The position numbers were made by a program, and so were the translations under genes. The notes under the pieces are model-generated. The model ran no database searches and was not told where the DNA came from. It saw only the letters and a program-made list of their open reading frames with translations. A DNA stretch of 32,575 nucleotides from an uncultured bacterium. Lineage in GTDB: Bacteria > B130-G9. Each line of letters begins with the position of its first letter. Position 1 is the first letter of the stretch. Positions 1-8,203 of this stretch are shown here, piece after piece. The stretch is taken from assembly GCA_965372715.1 (NCBI GenBank), contig CBDVDH010000046.1, forward strand, positions 1 through 32,575, read 5' to 3'.

Positions 1-24
1 CTTGAATGCCGGACCGCCAATTGA

Positions 25-48
25 GGGCGGCTCGTGAGCCGCCCCTAC
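25..48 (-). repeat. GTAG-family REP palindrome (probably the right half of a REP doublet cut by the window edge)
   Basis: GGGCGGCTCGTGAGCCGCCCCTAC is the reverse complement of the GTAGGGGCGGCTCACGAGCCGCCC unit at 2557 and 12069. Confidence 0.85.
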
Positions 49-136
49 ATCTCCAGAATCCGAATCATTGGACAGCCCGTGAAGGTATGGGCGCCGCTGA
101 GCTGCCACGCCTTATTCAGTTCGCCCGCCGCGAACG

Positions 137-218
137 GCAGACTTCACCATGGCGCCTCCTTCGCCATAGTAGCTCGAAGAGTTACGGTAGCTGAAAGCCT
201 ATGGCTACATCGGCTGAA
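137..218 (+). repeat. Dispersed CTTCGCCATAGTAGC...GCTACG..GGCTGAA hairpin repeat, nested/degenerate copy
   Basis: Outer GCAGACTTCACCAT...GCTACATCGGCTGAA encloses an inner CTTCGCCATAGTAGCTCGAAGAGTTACGGTAGCTGAA; matches the copies at 22904 and 30380. Confidence 0.75.
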
Positions 219-287
219 AAGGAGGATTCTTTCATTTCGCCCTTTGGGGAAACTCCTCTCATTAAGGATGTTGCATTGTAGCGTCGA

Positions 288-296
288 TGATATACT
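288..296 (+). promoter_or_regulatory. Candidate extended -10 promoter for hppA
   Basis: TGA-TATACT (TGn-TATAAT-like) about 100 nt upstream of the likely start. Confidence 0.35.
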
Positions 297-398
297 GTCA
301 AGTGGATTGGTGCTGTCGGTATGGCGATTCAGATTTCGCTTCGCCTTTTCTCTCGTTTATGAAATGTTATTGTGAGTCTGAAGGGGGTTTGCGCAACG

Positions 399-2543
399 AT
401 GACCGCTGAGAGTCTTTTCTGGGTCGCGCCCGTCGGTTCGATTATTGCGTTGATTTTCGCCTACCGGTTCTATCGCCAGATTATGAGAATGAGCGAGGGC
501 GAGCCGGCAATGGTCAAGATCGCAGAGCACGTGCGACAGGGCGCGATGGCGTATCTCAAACAGCAGTATAAAGTGGTGGCCATCTTTTTCGTGTGCGCGG
601 GCGTGGGCCTGGGTTTTCTGGCCTGGCTCGATATGCAATCCGCCTGGGTTCCGTTTGCGTTTTTCACGGGCGGCTTCTTCTCGGGGTTTGCGGGCTTCAT
701 AGGCATGAAGACGGCCACGAACGCCTCCGCCCGAACCACCTTTGCCGCTAAGCAGTCGCTGAATGACGGGTTGAACGTCGCGTTCCGAGCCGGGGCCGTC
801 ATGGGCTTGACCGTAGTGGGTTTGGGCCTTCTCGACATCAGTTTATGGTTCATAGTCCTGAGGAAGCTTATGGGCTACGATCTGCACATCGTAACGACCA
901 CTATGCTCTGCTTCGGGATGGGCGCGAGTTCACAGGCGCTTTTTGCCAGAGTCGGCGGTGGCATATTCACAAAGGCGGCGGATGTTGGCGCCGACCTCGT
1001 TGGAAAGGTCGAGGCGGGCATACCGGAGGACGATCCCCGCAATCCGGCCACAATTGCCGACAACGTGGGCGATAACGTGGGCGACGTGGCGGGAATGGGC
1101 GCCGATCTCTACGAGTCCTACTGCGGCTCGATACTGGCCACCGCCGCGCTCGGGGTCGCCGCGGGACTCGGGATAGAGGGCGTGATCGCGCCGATGACAC
1201 TTGCCGCTGCCGGGATATTAGTCTCAATCTTCGGCGTTTACCTCGTGAAGACGAGCGGCGAGGAATCTCAGAGAAAGCTCCTAGCTGCACTGGGCCGAGG
1301 TATCAACGTGAGCTCCTTGCTTGTGGTCGTTGTATCGTTTTTTATCGTCCTGCTCCTTCTGCCGAAGCATTTCGGCGTTTTCTTCGCGGTCGTCATCGGC
1401 CTGGCCGTGGGAATCATCATTGGGAAGTCCACGGAATACTACACGTCGAATGCCTACAGGCCGACGAGGCGCGTCGCTGAGCAGGCCAAGACGGGACCCG
1501 CCACTGTCATAATAGAGGGACTCGGAAGCGGCATGTTATCCACGGTTATCCCCGTGCTAGCGGTCGGGCTCGGGATACTTGGCGCGTATGGCGCGATGGG
1601 CGGGTTTGGGAATCCGGCCATGGGGCTTTACGGCATCGGGATCGCGGCCGTCGGGATGCTGTCAACGCTTGGAATCACGCTTGCCAGCGACGCATACGGG
1701 CCGGTCGCGGACAACGCCGGGGGCAACGCGGAGATGTCGGGACAGCCGGAATTCGTCCGAAAACGAACCGACGCTCTCGACAGCCTCGGCAATACGACCG
1801 CCGCAACGGGCAAAGGCTTTGCTATCGGCTCTGCCGCCCTGACCGCGCTTGCCCTTCTCGCCTCATACATCGAGGAGGTAAAGATAGGTCTTCACAGGCT
1901 TGGCGAGGAGACGCTCACGTTGATGGGGAAAGAGATCCCTGTTCTGAGCGCGACGCTTGAGAACTTCATGGATTACTACCACATTCACCTCATGAACCCG
2001 CGTGTGCTTGTCGGCCTTTTCCTTGGCGCGATGCTGGCGTTCGCGTTCTGTGGGATGACGCTCAAGGCCGTGGGCCGCGCCGCCAGCGCGATGGTGGAGG
2101 AAGTCCGGCGGCAGTTCCGCGAGATCAAGGGCATCCTGGAAGGGAAGGCCGAACCCGACTACGCGACCTGTGTCGAGATCGCAACCAGAGGCGCGCAGCG
2201 CGAGATGCTATTGCCCTCGCTGATGGCAATCCTTGCGCCGATTGTGGTCGGCCTGGTGCTGGGCGTGCCGGGCGTCATGGGCCTTCTCGGCGGGGCACTG
2301 TGCACGGGGTTTTCGCTGGCCGTCTTTATGGCCAATTCCGGCGGCATGTGGGACAACGCCAAGAAATACGTCGAAGAGCACGGCCAGAAGGGCTCCGACA
2401 CGCATAAAGCCACTGTCATCGGCGACACCGTCGGCGACCCCTTCAAGGACACTGCTGGCCCGAGCCTCAACATACTCATCAAGCTAATGACGATGGTCAG
2501 CATCGTAGTGGCGGGCCTCATCGTCAGTCACCACATTTTCTAG
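399..2543 (+). CDS. hppA: K+-dependent membrane-integral ion-translocating pyrophosphatase (probable Na+,H+-PPase subfamily)
   Basis: Motifs [48 protein letters not shown] and [11 protein letters not shown], plus many TM helices; start placed at ATG 399 after SD-like AAGGGGG (the ORF track starts at GTG 372). Confidence 0.97.
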   Translation: MTAESLFWVAPVGSIIALIFAYRFYRQIMRMSEGEPAMVKIAEHVRQGAMAYLKQQYKVVAIFFVCAGVGLGFLAWLDMQSAWVPFAFFTGGFFSGFAGFIGMKTATNASARTTFAAKQSLNDGLNVAFRAGAVMGLTVVGLGLLDISLWFIVLRKLMGYDLHIVTTTMLCFGMGASSQALFARVGGGIFTKAADVGADLVGKVEAGIPEDDPRNPATIADNVGDNVGDVAGMGADLYESYCGSILATAALGVAAGLGIEGVIAPMTLAAAGILVSIFGVYLVKTSGEESQRKLLAALGRGINVSSLLVVVVSFFIVLLLLPKHFGVFFAVVIGLAVGIIIGKSTEYYTSNAYRPTRRVAEQAKTGPATVIIEGLGSGMLSTVIPVLAVGLGILGAYGAMGGFGNPAMGLYGIGIAAVGMLSTLGITLASDAYGPVADNAGGNAEMSGQPEFVRKRTDALDSLGNTTAATGKGFAIGSAALTALALLASYIEEVKIGLHRLGEETLTLMGKEIPVLSATLENFMDYYHIHLMNPRVLVGLFLGAMLAFAFCGMTLKAVGRAASAMVEEVRRQFREIKGILEGKAEPDYATCVEIATRGAQREMLLPSLMAILAPIVVGLVLGVPGVMGLLGGALCTGFSLAVFMANSGGMWDNAKKYVEEHGQKGSDTHKATVIGDTVGDPFKDTAGPSLNILIKLMTMVSIVVAGLIVSHHIF

Positions 2544-2556
2544 ATGGGCGCAGCTC

Positions 2557-2630
2557 GTAGGGGCGGCTCACGAGCCGCCCTTTTTGGGATTGACCGAACT
2601 GACATAGGGCGGTTCGTGAACCGCCCCTAC
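2557..2630. repeat. REP doublet (REPIN-like), 74 bp; may also act as the hppA terminator
   Basis: GTAGGGGCGGCTCACGAGCCGCCC, 26-nt spacer, inverted GGGCGGTTCGTGAACCGCCCCTAC; the first hairpin is followed by TTTTT and starts 13 nt after the hppA stop. Confidence 0.9.
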
Positions 2631-2649
2631 ATCAACCACGCTTGGCGCG

Positions 2650-2676
2650 GCCAACTGCCAACTGCCAACTGCCAAC
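2650..2676. repeat. Heptamer tandem repeat (GCCAACT)x~4
   Basis: gccaact gccaact gccaact gccaac read directly. Confidence 0.9.
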
Positions 2677-2695
2677 CTAAGATGTTAGATCGAAC

Positions 2696-3424
2696 ATGAT
2701 CCTTCCGTATAAGGACGTTAATCCCACCAACTCGTTCCCGTATGTTACGGTGACGATTATTGTACTGAATGGGCTGCTGTTCGCCGGACAGATCACCCTG
2801 GACATGACGGAGGGGATTGGGCAAAGCATCTATCAGTACGGCTTTAGGCCCGTGTCGCTGCTTCATCCGGGCCAAGAGAGGCCCGGCGCGCACCCGCTAT
2901 TGACACTTATTCTCTCGATGTTCATGCACGGCGGCATAATGCACATCGTGGGGAACATGCTCTACCTTTGGATATACGGCGACAACATTGAGGACGTGAT
3001 GGGGCACGGCTTCTATCTTACGTTCTACATAGTGGGCGGGCTACTGGCCACGTTGACCCACACGCTGTTCCACCCGGACTCAAACATCCCAATGATCGGG
3101 GCAAGTGGCGCCGTGGCCGCCGTCCTGGGCGCGTACCTGGTGCTGTATCCTCACGCCAAGGTCAAGACCTTTGTCTGGATATTCCTCTTTATAACCACCC
3201 TCTATATCCCCGCCTGGGTCCTGATCAGCTTCTTTGTGGCGACCAACGTCTTCATGGGATTGATTTCTATGGCGCAGCCGGAACCGATCGGCGTGGCCTG
3301 GTTTGCGCACCTGGGCGGACTGGCGTTTGGCCTCGCGCTCGCTGTGCCGTTCAGAAGCAGGCTTCGCCACGCCCGGGAGGTCCATTCGCGATTCGACCAT
3401 TGGCCCGGCGAGTGGCGGCTTTGA
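2696..3424 (+). CDS. Rhomboid family intramembrane serine protease
   Basis: SMFMHGGIMHIVGNM, catalytic IGASGAV, and AWFAHLGG. Confidence 0.95.
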   Translation: MILPYKDVNPTNSFPYVTVTIIVLNGLLFAGQITLDMTEGIGQSIYQYGFRPVSLLHPGQERPGAHPLLTLILSMFMHGGIMHIVGNMLYLWIYGDNIEDVMGHGFYLTFYIVGGLLATLTHTLFHPDSNIPMIGASGAVAAVLGAYLVLYPHAKVKTFVWIFLFITTLYIPAWVLISFFVATNVFMGLISMAQPEPIGVAWFAHLGGLAFGLALAVPFRSRLRHAREVHSRFDHWPGEWRL

Positions 3425-3425
3425 T

Positions 3426-3467
3426 AGTTCAAGGTTCAAGGTTCAAAGTTCAAAGTACAAGGCGCAA
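3426..3467. repeat. Heptamer tandem repeat (RGTTCAA)x~6, degenerating 3'
   Basis: agttcaa ggttcaa ggttcaa agttcaa agtacaa ggcgcaa directly after the rhomboid stop. Confidence 0.85.
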
Positions 3468-3743
3468 GAGCTCCAAGTCCCGGATCATTATGTTCTAGTC
3501 TAGCGCAGGCGCATCTGCCCTTCCCTGCTGTTGGCGTCCGGTCTGAAAGTCTGTGGGCGTGATGAACAATCCAGCTAATCGGATCGGTTGGCATTTCCGA
3601 TGATTCTTGGCGTGTTAATGGATTCTAAGAATGGGCGAATCTGCGCCCGGTCAAGCGATTAGACGTTGAGGTCTATTCGGGTTATGCGGACATGATGAAC
3701 ATGACAGTCGTTTCCGGCTTGCGTTCTTGGACGAGGGAAAGCG

Positions 3744-6329
3744 TTGTCAAGACAGGATGAATCACGCGCGTTCTCGATTTGCGTGCTTGATAGTGATCCC
3801 AGAGGCGCCGCCATATATTCGGACATTTTCTCTTCCGGTCGGGCACGACTTATGGTCTTTTCAGAGGCCCAGGCGGCTCTTGAATATGTTGAAGAGGAGC
3901 GGCTTGACCTGATCATCGGGTCGCTGGAGCTCTCCGATGAGTTCCTGCTTGAGCTCGTCGATAGGGTCAAGAGGCGCCAGCCCGAGGCCGCGCTTCTGAT
4001 TATGCATCCTGGGCTTGGAGCGGAGGATGTCGCGGTTCTGGAGGGATGCGGCGTTCAGGCAGTCGCCCCAGAGGACAGAAGCCCCCTTGCCTACCGAGAG
4101 GCGATAGGTGGCTCGATCAAGAGCCTCTTCGGCGGCCTGGGTTGGGGTTCAAGGGGAGGCTCGAGAGGGCGCCTTGCACCAGCAGACTCGCTTCTTTCCG
4201 GACCACTTGACCTTGAGGTATCCGACATCGTTGATAAGGCTGGCGGACTGATTCAATTGCCGGACGCGCTTGACGAATCCCTTGTTCAGGACGCTCAGCG
4301 CATGGCGGAAGCGGTAGGCAAAGTCGATTCACGTAGTGGCTTGAGTTCTTTTGAGGGTGAGGTGCTGAGGGTTGGGAAATCCAGGGCCGCGCTCGCGCTG
4401 CTTCATTTGTGCGAAACGACGAAGGCGCCTGAACAAGTGTGGCTCCTGATAAGGTTTCTTTCGTTTATTCCATCGTACACTACGAAGCTTGCGCTTGAAC
4501 GGCTATCAAAGTCGCACCCCAACCCCAGGGCGAGGGACCTGGCAAAGAAGAGCTGCAAAGCGCTGCTTCGGAAGTTTCCGATCATTTTTCACGCGGAGCG
4601 GCTGCTTTCAGAGAGAAAGGGACCCTCGGTGTTGAGCAAGGCTGCTGAATCGATAGCCAAATGCGACAGCGAGATTGCGGTCGGTGTGTTGACAAGCGCG
4701 CTGGGGGCCAAAGGGGCAATGGTTCAGCGCGCCGCGATCAGGGGTCTTGGCATGGTAGGCACCGAGAGCGCCTTGAAGGTCATATTCAGAAGGTTGAGGA
4801 TATCCGGGCTTATTCGCGAAACGGCCTTCTTCCAGGATTCATACGACGCCAAGCAACATCTGCTATACATTGAGGCGCTGGCAGCCATTCTCAGGACGAC
4901 GAATGACGAGCATCCTGAAGCGTCCCAGGAGGTTGCCCTGGAGCTCCGGTCCAACGACACAAGGGCAAAGCTCAAGGCGATAGAAATCGTAGGCCTTTCA
5001 AGGACGGCGTCATGTTGCGAGATGCTCTCTGGGCTGATTCGGTCCCGCGACTGGCGCATCCGGATGTCGGTTCTCCAGGCGGTCGCGCGTTCGTCGGACC
5101 CACGTTCGCTTGACGTCATACGCGGCTTCGTTGATGACCCGAATCAGGCGATCAGCAATCAAGCGATGGAGGCTTTGGAGCGGCTGAGGATGAGGGATGA
5201 TCTTAGAAAGGCCCTTCAGGATGGCCAGGACAGGGTGAAAGCCTCGGCAGCGGCGGCGCTCGGCAGGCTGACGGACCAAGAATCAGTCAGTGAACTTGTC
5301 AGGCTTGCGTTCGGCGAGGACCGGGACGCAGCGCACGAGGCGTTGAAGAGCCTGGGAAAGATCGCTGATCCCAGCTGTGTTCCCGGCGTCGTGCAGTTGC
5401 TCTCGCAGTCTTCCAGGCCAGAAATCGTTGCGGACGCAGGGTATTGCCTCGGCAGAATCGCGACAGACAGTTCGCTTGAGGCACTTATTCAGCTGGCAGA
5501 GCCGCGCATACGCCGTCCGGATTTCAGATTGCCGCTTATCATCAGGGCGATTGGGGCCACTGTAAACTCTGAAAGATGGGAGCGGAATGATGCCTCGATG
5601 GAGAAGGTCTTACTGTTGCTTCAAAAGGCTGGGATCGCTTCTGATGATGCCACTAGACTCGAGATCGCAGGTATCCTTCTTCATATAAGGGGGCTGAGTC
5701 TCAGGTCATGCGACAACATGCTGCTCCTGCTTGAGAAACTCGCCGTTCGGAGGTCTGAATTCACTCCTCAGCAAAGCCGAATGTTCTCAATCTCCCGTAG
5801 GGCCATCGAACACATCCGCAGGAAGAAGTTGAGGCTGCACGAGTTTGAAAAGACCCTTGATGGAATCCGCCAGATACTTGAATCGTTGCCGGCGCGTCCT
5901 GACGGCGAGAAGCACCGTATGTTCGCGGCGCTCGGCGCCCTGCTGTCCTCTATACCACTGGCCGAGCGAAATAAGAACGCTGTCGCGGAGGCCGCAGTCG
6001 GTGCGCTGTTGAAATGCCTGAACGACCCGCGGACAAGCTGGAAAGACCGGGCGTCGGCCATAAAGTCTCTGAGCATGATTGGCGAGCGTCGGACTCTTCC
6101 CATGCTTCGAGAGCTCAAGAGAGCTCAAGAGCCGTATTTGATGGGGCTGGCCACCCGAGCAATACGTTCAATCATCAGGAAGAACCTTCTCGCGTCCAGC
6201 TCGCAGGAGACACCGCCCAAGGTCGAGGAGGAGCAGCCGGCTATGGGAGACAGCATCTCGGACCTTTCAGATTGCGGATTGCGGATTGCGGATTGTGGAT
6301 TGGCGAGCAGCAACCAGCCCATTTCGTAG
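3744..6329 (+). CDS. HEAT-repeat protein with N-terminal receiver-like (probably pseudo-receiver) domain
   Basis: 861-aa ORF; N-terminal ICVLDSD...LDLIIGSLEL has the REC fold pattern; HEAT/PBS-like repeats (VQRAAIRGLGMVG, VKASAAAALGRL, AAHEALKSLGKIAD, DRASAIKSLSMIG); the TTG start is uncertain. Confidence 0.8.
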   Translation: MSRQDESRAFSICVLDSDPRGAAIYSDIFSSGRARLMVFSEAQAALEYVEEERLDLIIGSLELSDEFLLELVDRVKRRQPEAALLIMHPGLGAEDVAVLEGCGVQAVAPEDRSPLAYREAIGGSIKSLFGGLGWGSRGGSRGRLAPADSLLSGPLDLEVSDIVDKAGGLIQLPDALDESLVQDAQRMAEAVGKVDSRSGLSSFEGEVLRVGKSRAALALLHLCETTKAPEQVWLLIRFLSFIPSYTTKLALERLSKSHPNPRARDLAKKSCKALLRKFPIIFHAERLLSERKGPSVLSKAAESIAKCDSEIAVGVLTSALGAKGAMVQRAAIRGLGMVGTESALKVIFRRLRISGLIRETAFFQDSYDAKQHLLYIEALAAILRTTNDEHPEASQEVALELRSNDTRAKLKAIEIVGLSRTASCCEMLSGLIRSRDWRIRMSVLQAVARSSDPRSLDVIRGFVDDPNQAISNQAMEALERLRMRDDLRKALQDGQDRVKASAAAALGRLTDQESVSELVRLAFGEDRDAAHEALKSLGKIADPSCVPGVVQLLSQSSRPEIVADAGYCLGRIATDSSLEALIQLAEPRIRRPDFRLPLIIRAIGATVNSERWERNDASMEKVLLLLQKAGIASDDATRLEIAGILLHIRGLSLRSCDNMLLLLEKLAVRRSEFTPQQSRMFSISRRAIEHIRRKKLRLHEFEKTLDGIRQILESLPARPDGEKHRMFAALGALLSSIPLAERNKNAVAEAAVGALLKCLNDPRTSWKDRASAIKSLSMIGERRTLPMLRELKRAQEPYLMGLATRAIRSIIRKNLLASSSQETPPKVEEEQPAMGDSISDLSDCGLRIADCGLASSNQPIS
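6270..6304. repeat. Heptamer tandem repeat (GATTGCG)x~5 inside the 3' end of the HEAT gene
   Basis: gattgcg x3, gattgtg, gattggc; encodes DCGLRIADCGL. Confidence 0.9.
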
Positions 6330-6398
6330 GGGCGGTGCTTGCCCCGCCCTACGTGCATTCGCAAATCAGAAGAAGGGTGCAGCGAGCAGCACCCCTAC
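6326..6398. repeat. Divergent GTAG REP doublet, 73 bp
   Basis: GTAGGGGCGGTGCTTGCCCCGCCC ... GGGTGCAGCGAGCAGCACCCCTAC; its GTAG supplies the HEAT gene TAG stop. Confidence 0.8.
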
Positions 6399-6424
6399 AC
6401 CACGCAAGGCGGACCGGCCGATTC

Positions 6425-6454
6425 ATTCGTGCAATTCGTGTTCATTCGTGGTTT
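6425..6454. repeat. ATTCGTG short repeat x3 (9-10 nt period)
   Basis: ATTCGTG at 6425, 6434 and 6444. Confidence 0.75.
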
Positions 6455-6552
6455 CACCTTCCGCCGCATCCTGAAAGTCTCACAAAAACAAGGCCGGGTC
6501 GAATGCCTCGGCCGCGGCCAGAATGCCCAGTGGCGCAAGACGAGCAAGTGGC

Positions 6553-6595
6553 AATTAGGTAATGCCCAATGAAATAGGTAACGAATTGGGTAATG
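6553..6595. repeat. 12-mer direct repeats AAWTRGGTAAYG x3
   Basis: aattaggtaatg 6553, aaataggtaacg 6572, aattgggtaatg 6584. Confidence 0.65.
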
Positions 6596-6698
6596 ACTGT
6601 GGTAAAAGCTGTGAAGGCTCAGAGGGACCACAGTTGGACACGAGGACCGGATGACTAAGAAGCCGATTTACTGAGTTTTAACGCGATGATATCACTGG

Positions 6699-6895
6699 TT
6701 CTCATTTTATTAGCACCCGACTTCAGTCGGGTGGCCTGAGGAGGCCGAGGCGCCCCCTCCCTCTCCTCCCTTCCCGGAATCATCATCTGAAGAGGATAGA
6801 AGGGAGGTCTCGGTGTGCCGCACATCCCCCATCTGAAGATGGGGGTTAATGAGAATCGTAGCCGTCTGCATCGCCTCGGCTGAAGCCGGGCGATG
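6699..6895. mobile_element. Non-autonomous palindromic element with TTCA/TGAA-loop hairpins (REP or IS200/IS605-end-like)
   Basis: CACCCGAC-TTCA-GTCGGGTG (6714-6733) and CCCCCATC-TGAA-GATGGGGG (6826-6845) lie in opposite orientation, bounded by TTCTCATT/AATGAGAA; third hairpin CATCGCCTCGGC-TGAA-GCCGGGCGATG (6869-6895); no transposase. Confidence 0.55.
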
Positions 6896-8028
6896 ATCTG
6901 ACCGCGAGGTTCGGCCGCGGCTTCTCCTATCCGAATCTGAATAGATTCCGCCAATTCTACCTGGCCTATCCTCGGGAGGGCATTCTCTCGACACTGTCGC
7001 GGAAATCAGACCAAGAACATCAGGCAGAGAAATACGCGACACCGTCGCGTATTTCACAATCTGAATCATCGAACAAAGCACATGAAGGGATCTGCCAGAC
7101 ACCGTCTGGCGATTCCGGCGCTCTGCCAGCTGATCAGAAATCCACGGTGATTCTTCAGACAGTGTCCGAAGAATCGCAATCATCTGCCGCTGAGGTTGTC
7201 CTGCGCCATGCGGCGGCATGCTTCCCGCTGCCCTGGTCCGCATACGTCCGCCTGCTCTCAGTCAAGAAGGAGAATGCCAGGCGCTTCTATGAGACCGAAG
7301 CCCTGCGCGACGGTTGGTCAGTGCGGCAACTCAATCGACAGATCAACTCCCAGTTCTATGAGCGCACGGCCCTATCCCGAAACAAGGCCGCTATGCTGAG
7401 AAAGGGGAAGATGGGCTTGCCGGAAGACGCCGTGACGCCTGAGGAAGCGATTAAGGACCCGTATGTCCTGGAATTCCTTGGGCTCAAGGACGAGTACTCC
7501 GAAAGCGAGCTGGAAGAGGCGCTTATCGGGCACCTGGAGACCTTTCTCCTCGAGCTTGGCGGCGATTTCTGCTTCATTGCCAGGCAGAAGCGCTTGCGCA
7601 TCGGCGATGAGTGGTATCGCGTTGACCTCCTCTTCTTCCACCGTCGTCTGCGGTGCCTAGTCGTGATTGACTTGAAGGTCGGAAAGTTCACGCACGCCGA
7701 CGCCGGCCAGATGCACCTCTATCTCAATTATGCCCGTGAGCAATGGGTGCGCGAGGGAGAGAATCCCCCCGTTGGCCTGATTCTCTGTGCCCAGAAGGAC
7801 GAAGCCGTCGCGCGATACGCCCTGGAGGGACTTCCCAACAAAGTGATGGCGTCCGAGTACAGAACCGTCCTGCCCGACGAGGAAACACTGGCTGCTGAAA
7901 TCAAGCAGACGCGGGCCATCCTGCAAGGCAGATATAGCATCGCATTCCCATCGCCGAAAGAGGCTAGGTCAATAAAGGGCGCAAGGAAGAAACCGGGCTC
8001 CCTTGGCAAAGGAGAGGAAGAGGATTGA
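6895..8028 (+). pseudogene. DUF1016/YhcG-family PD-(D/E)XK nuclease-domain gene, 5'-truncated
   Basis: The frame is open from 6862 with DLTARFGRGFSYPNLNRFRQFYLAYP, LPWSAY, RRFYETEALRDGWSVRQLNRQI, KDPYVLEFLGL, VDLLFFHRRLRCLVVIDLK and GQMHLYLNY; in-frame stop at 6859-6861 and no ATG/GTG/TTG before 7147, so the usual N-terminal helices are missing. Confidence 0.85.
6981..7175. repeat. In-frame array of four ~27-bp palindromes with GAC-ANN-GTC core in the YhcG linker
   Basis: Centres at 6994, 7042, 7102 and 7162; the 7029-7055 copy is a perfect 12-bp inverted repeat. Confidence 0.85.
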
Positions 8029-8040
8029 GCTGTGTATGTG

Positions 8041-8115
8041 AAGCCCCGCCGTCGGGCGCAGCCTTTGAACGGAATGATTCAGTCCATTAACACGGTTGCG
8101 TTGACTGGCGGCTTT
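8041..8115. other. Long imperfect inverted repeat between yhcG and the protease gene
   Basis: AAGCC-CC-GCC-GTC-GGG-CGCAGCC ... GGTTGCG-TT-GAC-T-GGC-GGCTT. Confidence 0.5.
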
Positions 8116-8124
8116 GATTATACT
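8096..8124 (+). promoter_or_regulatory. Candidate sigma70 promoter for the protease gene
   Basis: TTGCGT-N17-TATACT, 80 nt upstream of the ATG. Confidence 0.45.
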
Positions 8125-8203
8125 GTGCCCAGCACTGCACGCGTTGGCATTCTGGCCACCGGGTCGTGATGAATGATGCAGCTTACAGAAGGGGGAGTCG
8201 GAG

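Noticed and set aside
6981-7175. CRISPR array interpretation of the spaced palindromes
   Set aside because: The units are not identical repeats, they lie in-frame in a coding sequence, and there is no leader or cas gene in the window.
6014-7243. ORFs 6014..6562, 6339..6572, 6395..6631, 6655..6954 and 6710..7243
   Set aside because: They are translations of repeat DNA or antisense to yhcG, with no recognisable motifs.
7147-8028. Treating GTG 7147 as the start of an intact 293-aa gene
   Set aside because: YhcG similarity continues in-frame about 250 nt upstream, and no clear SD precedes 7147.
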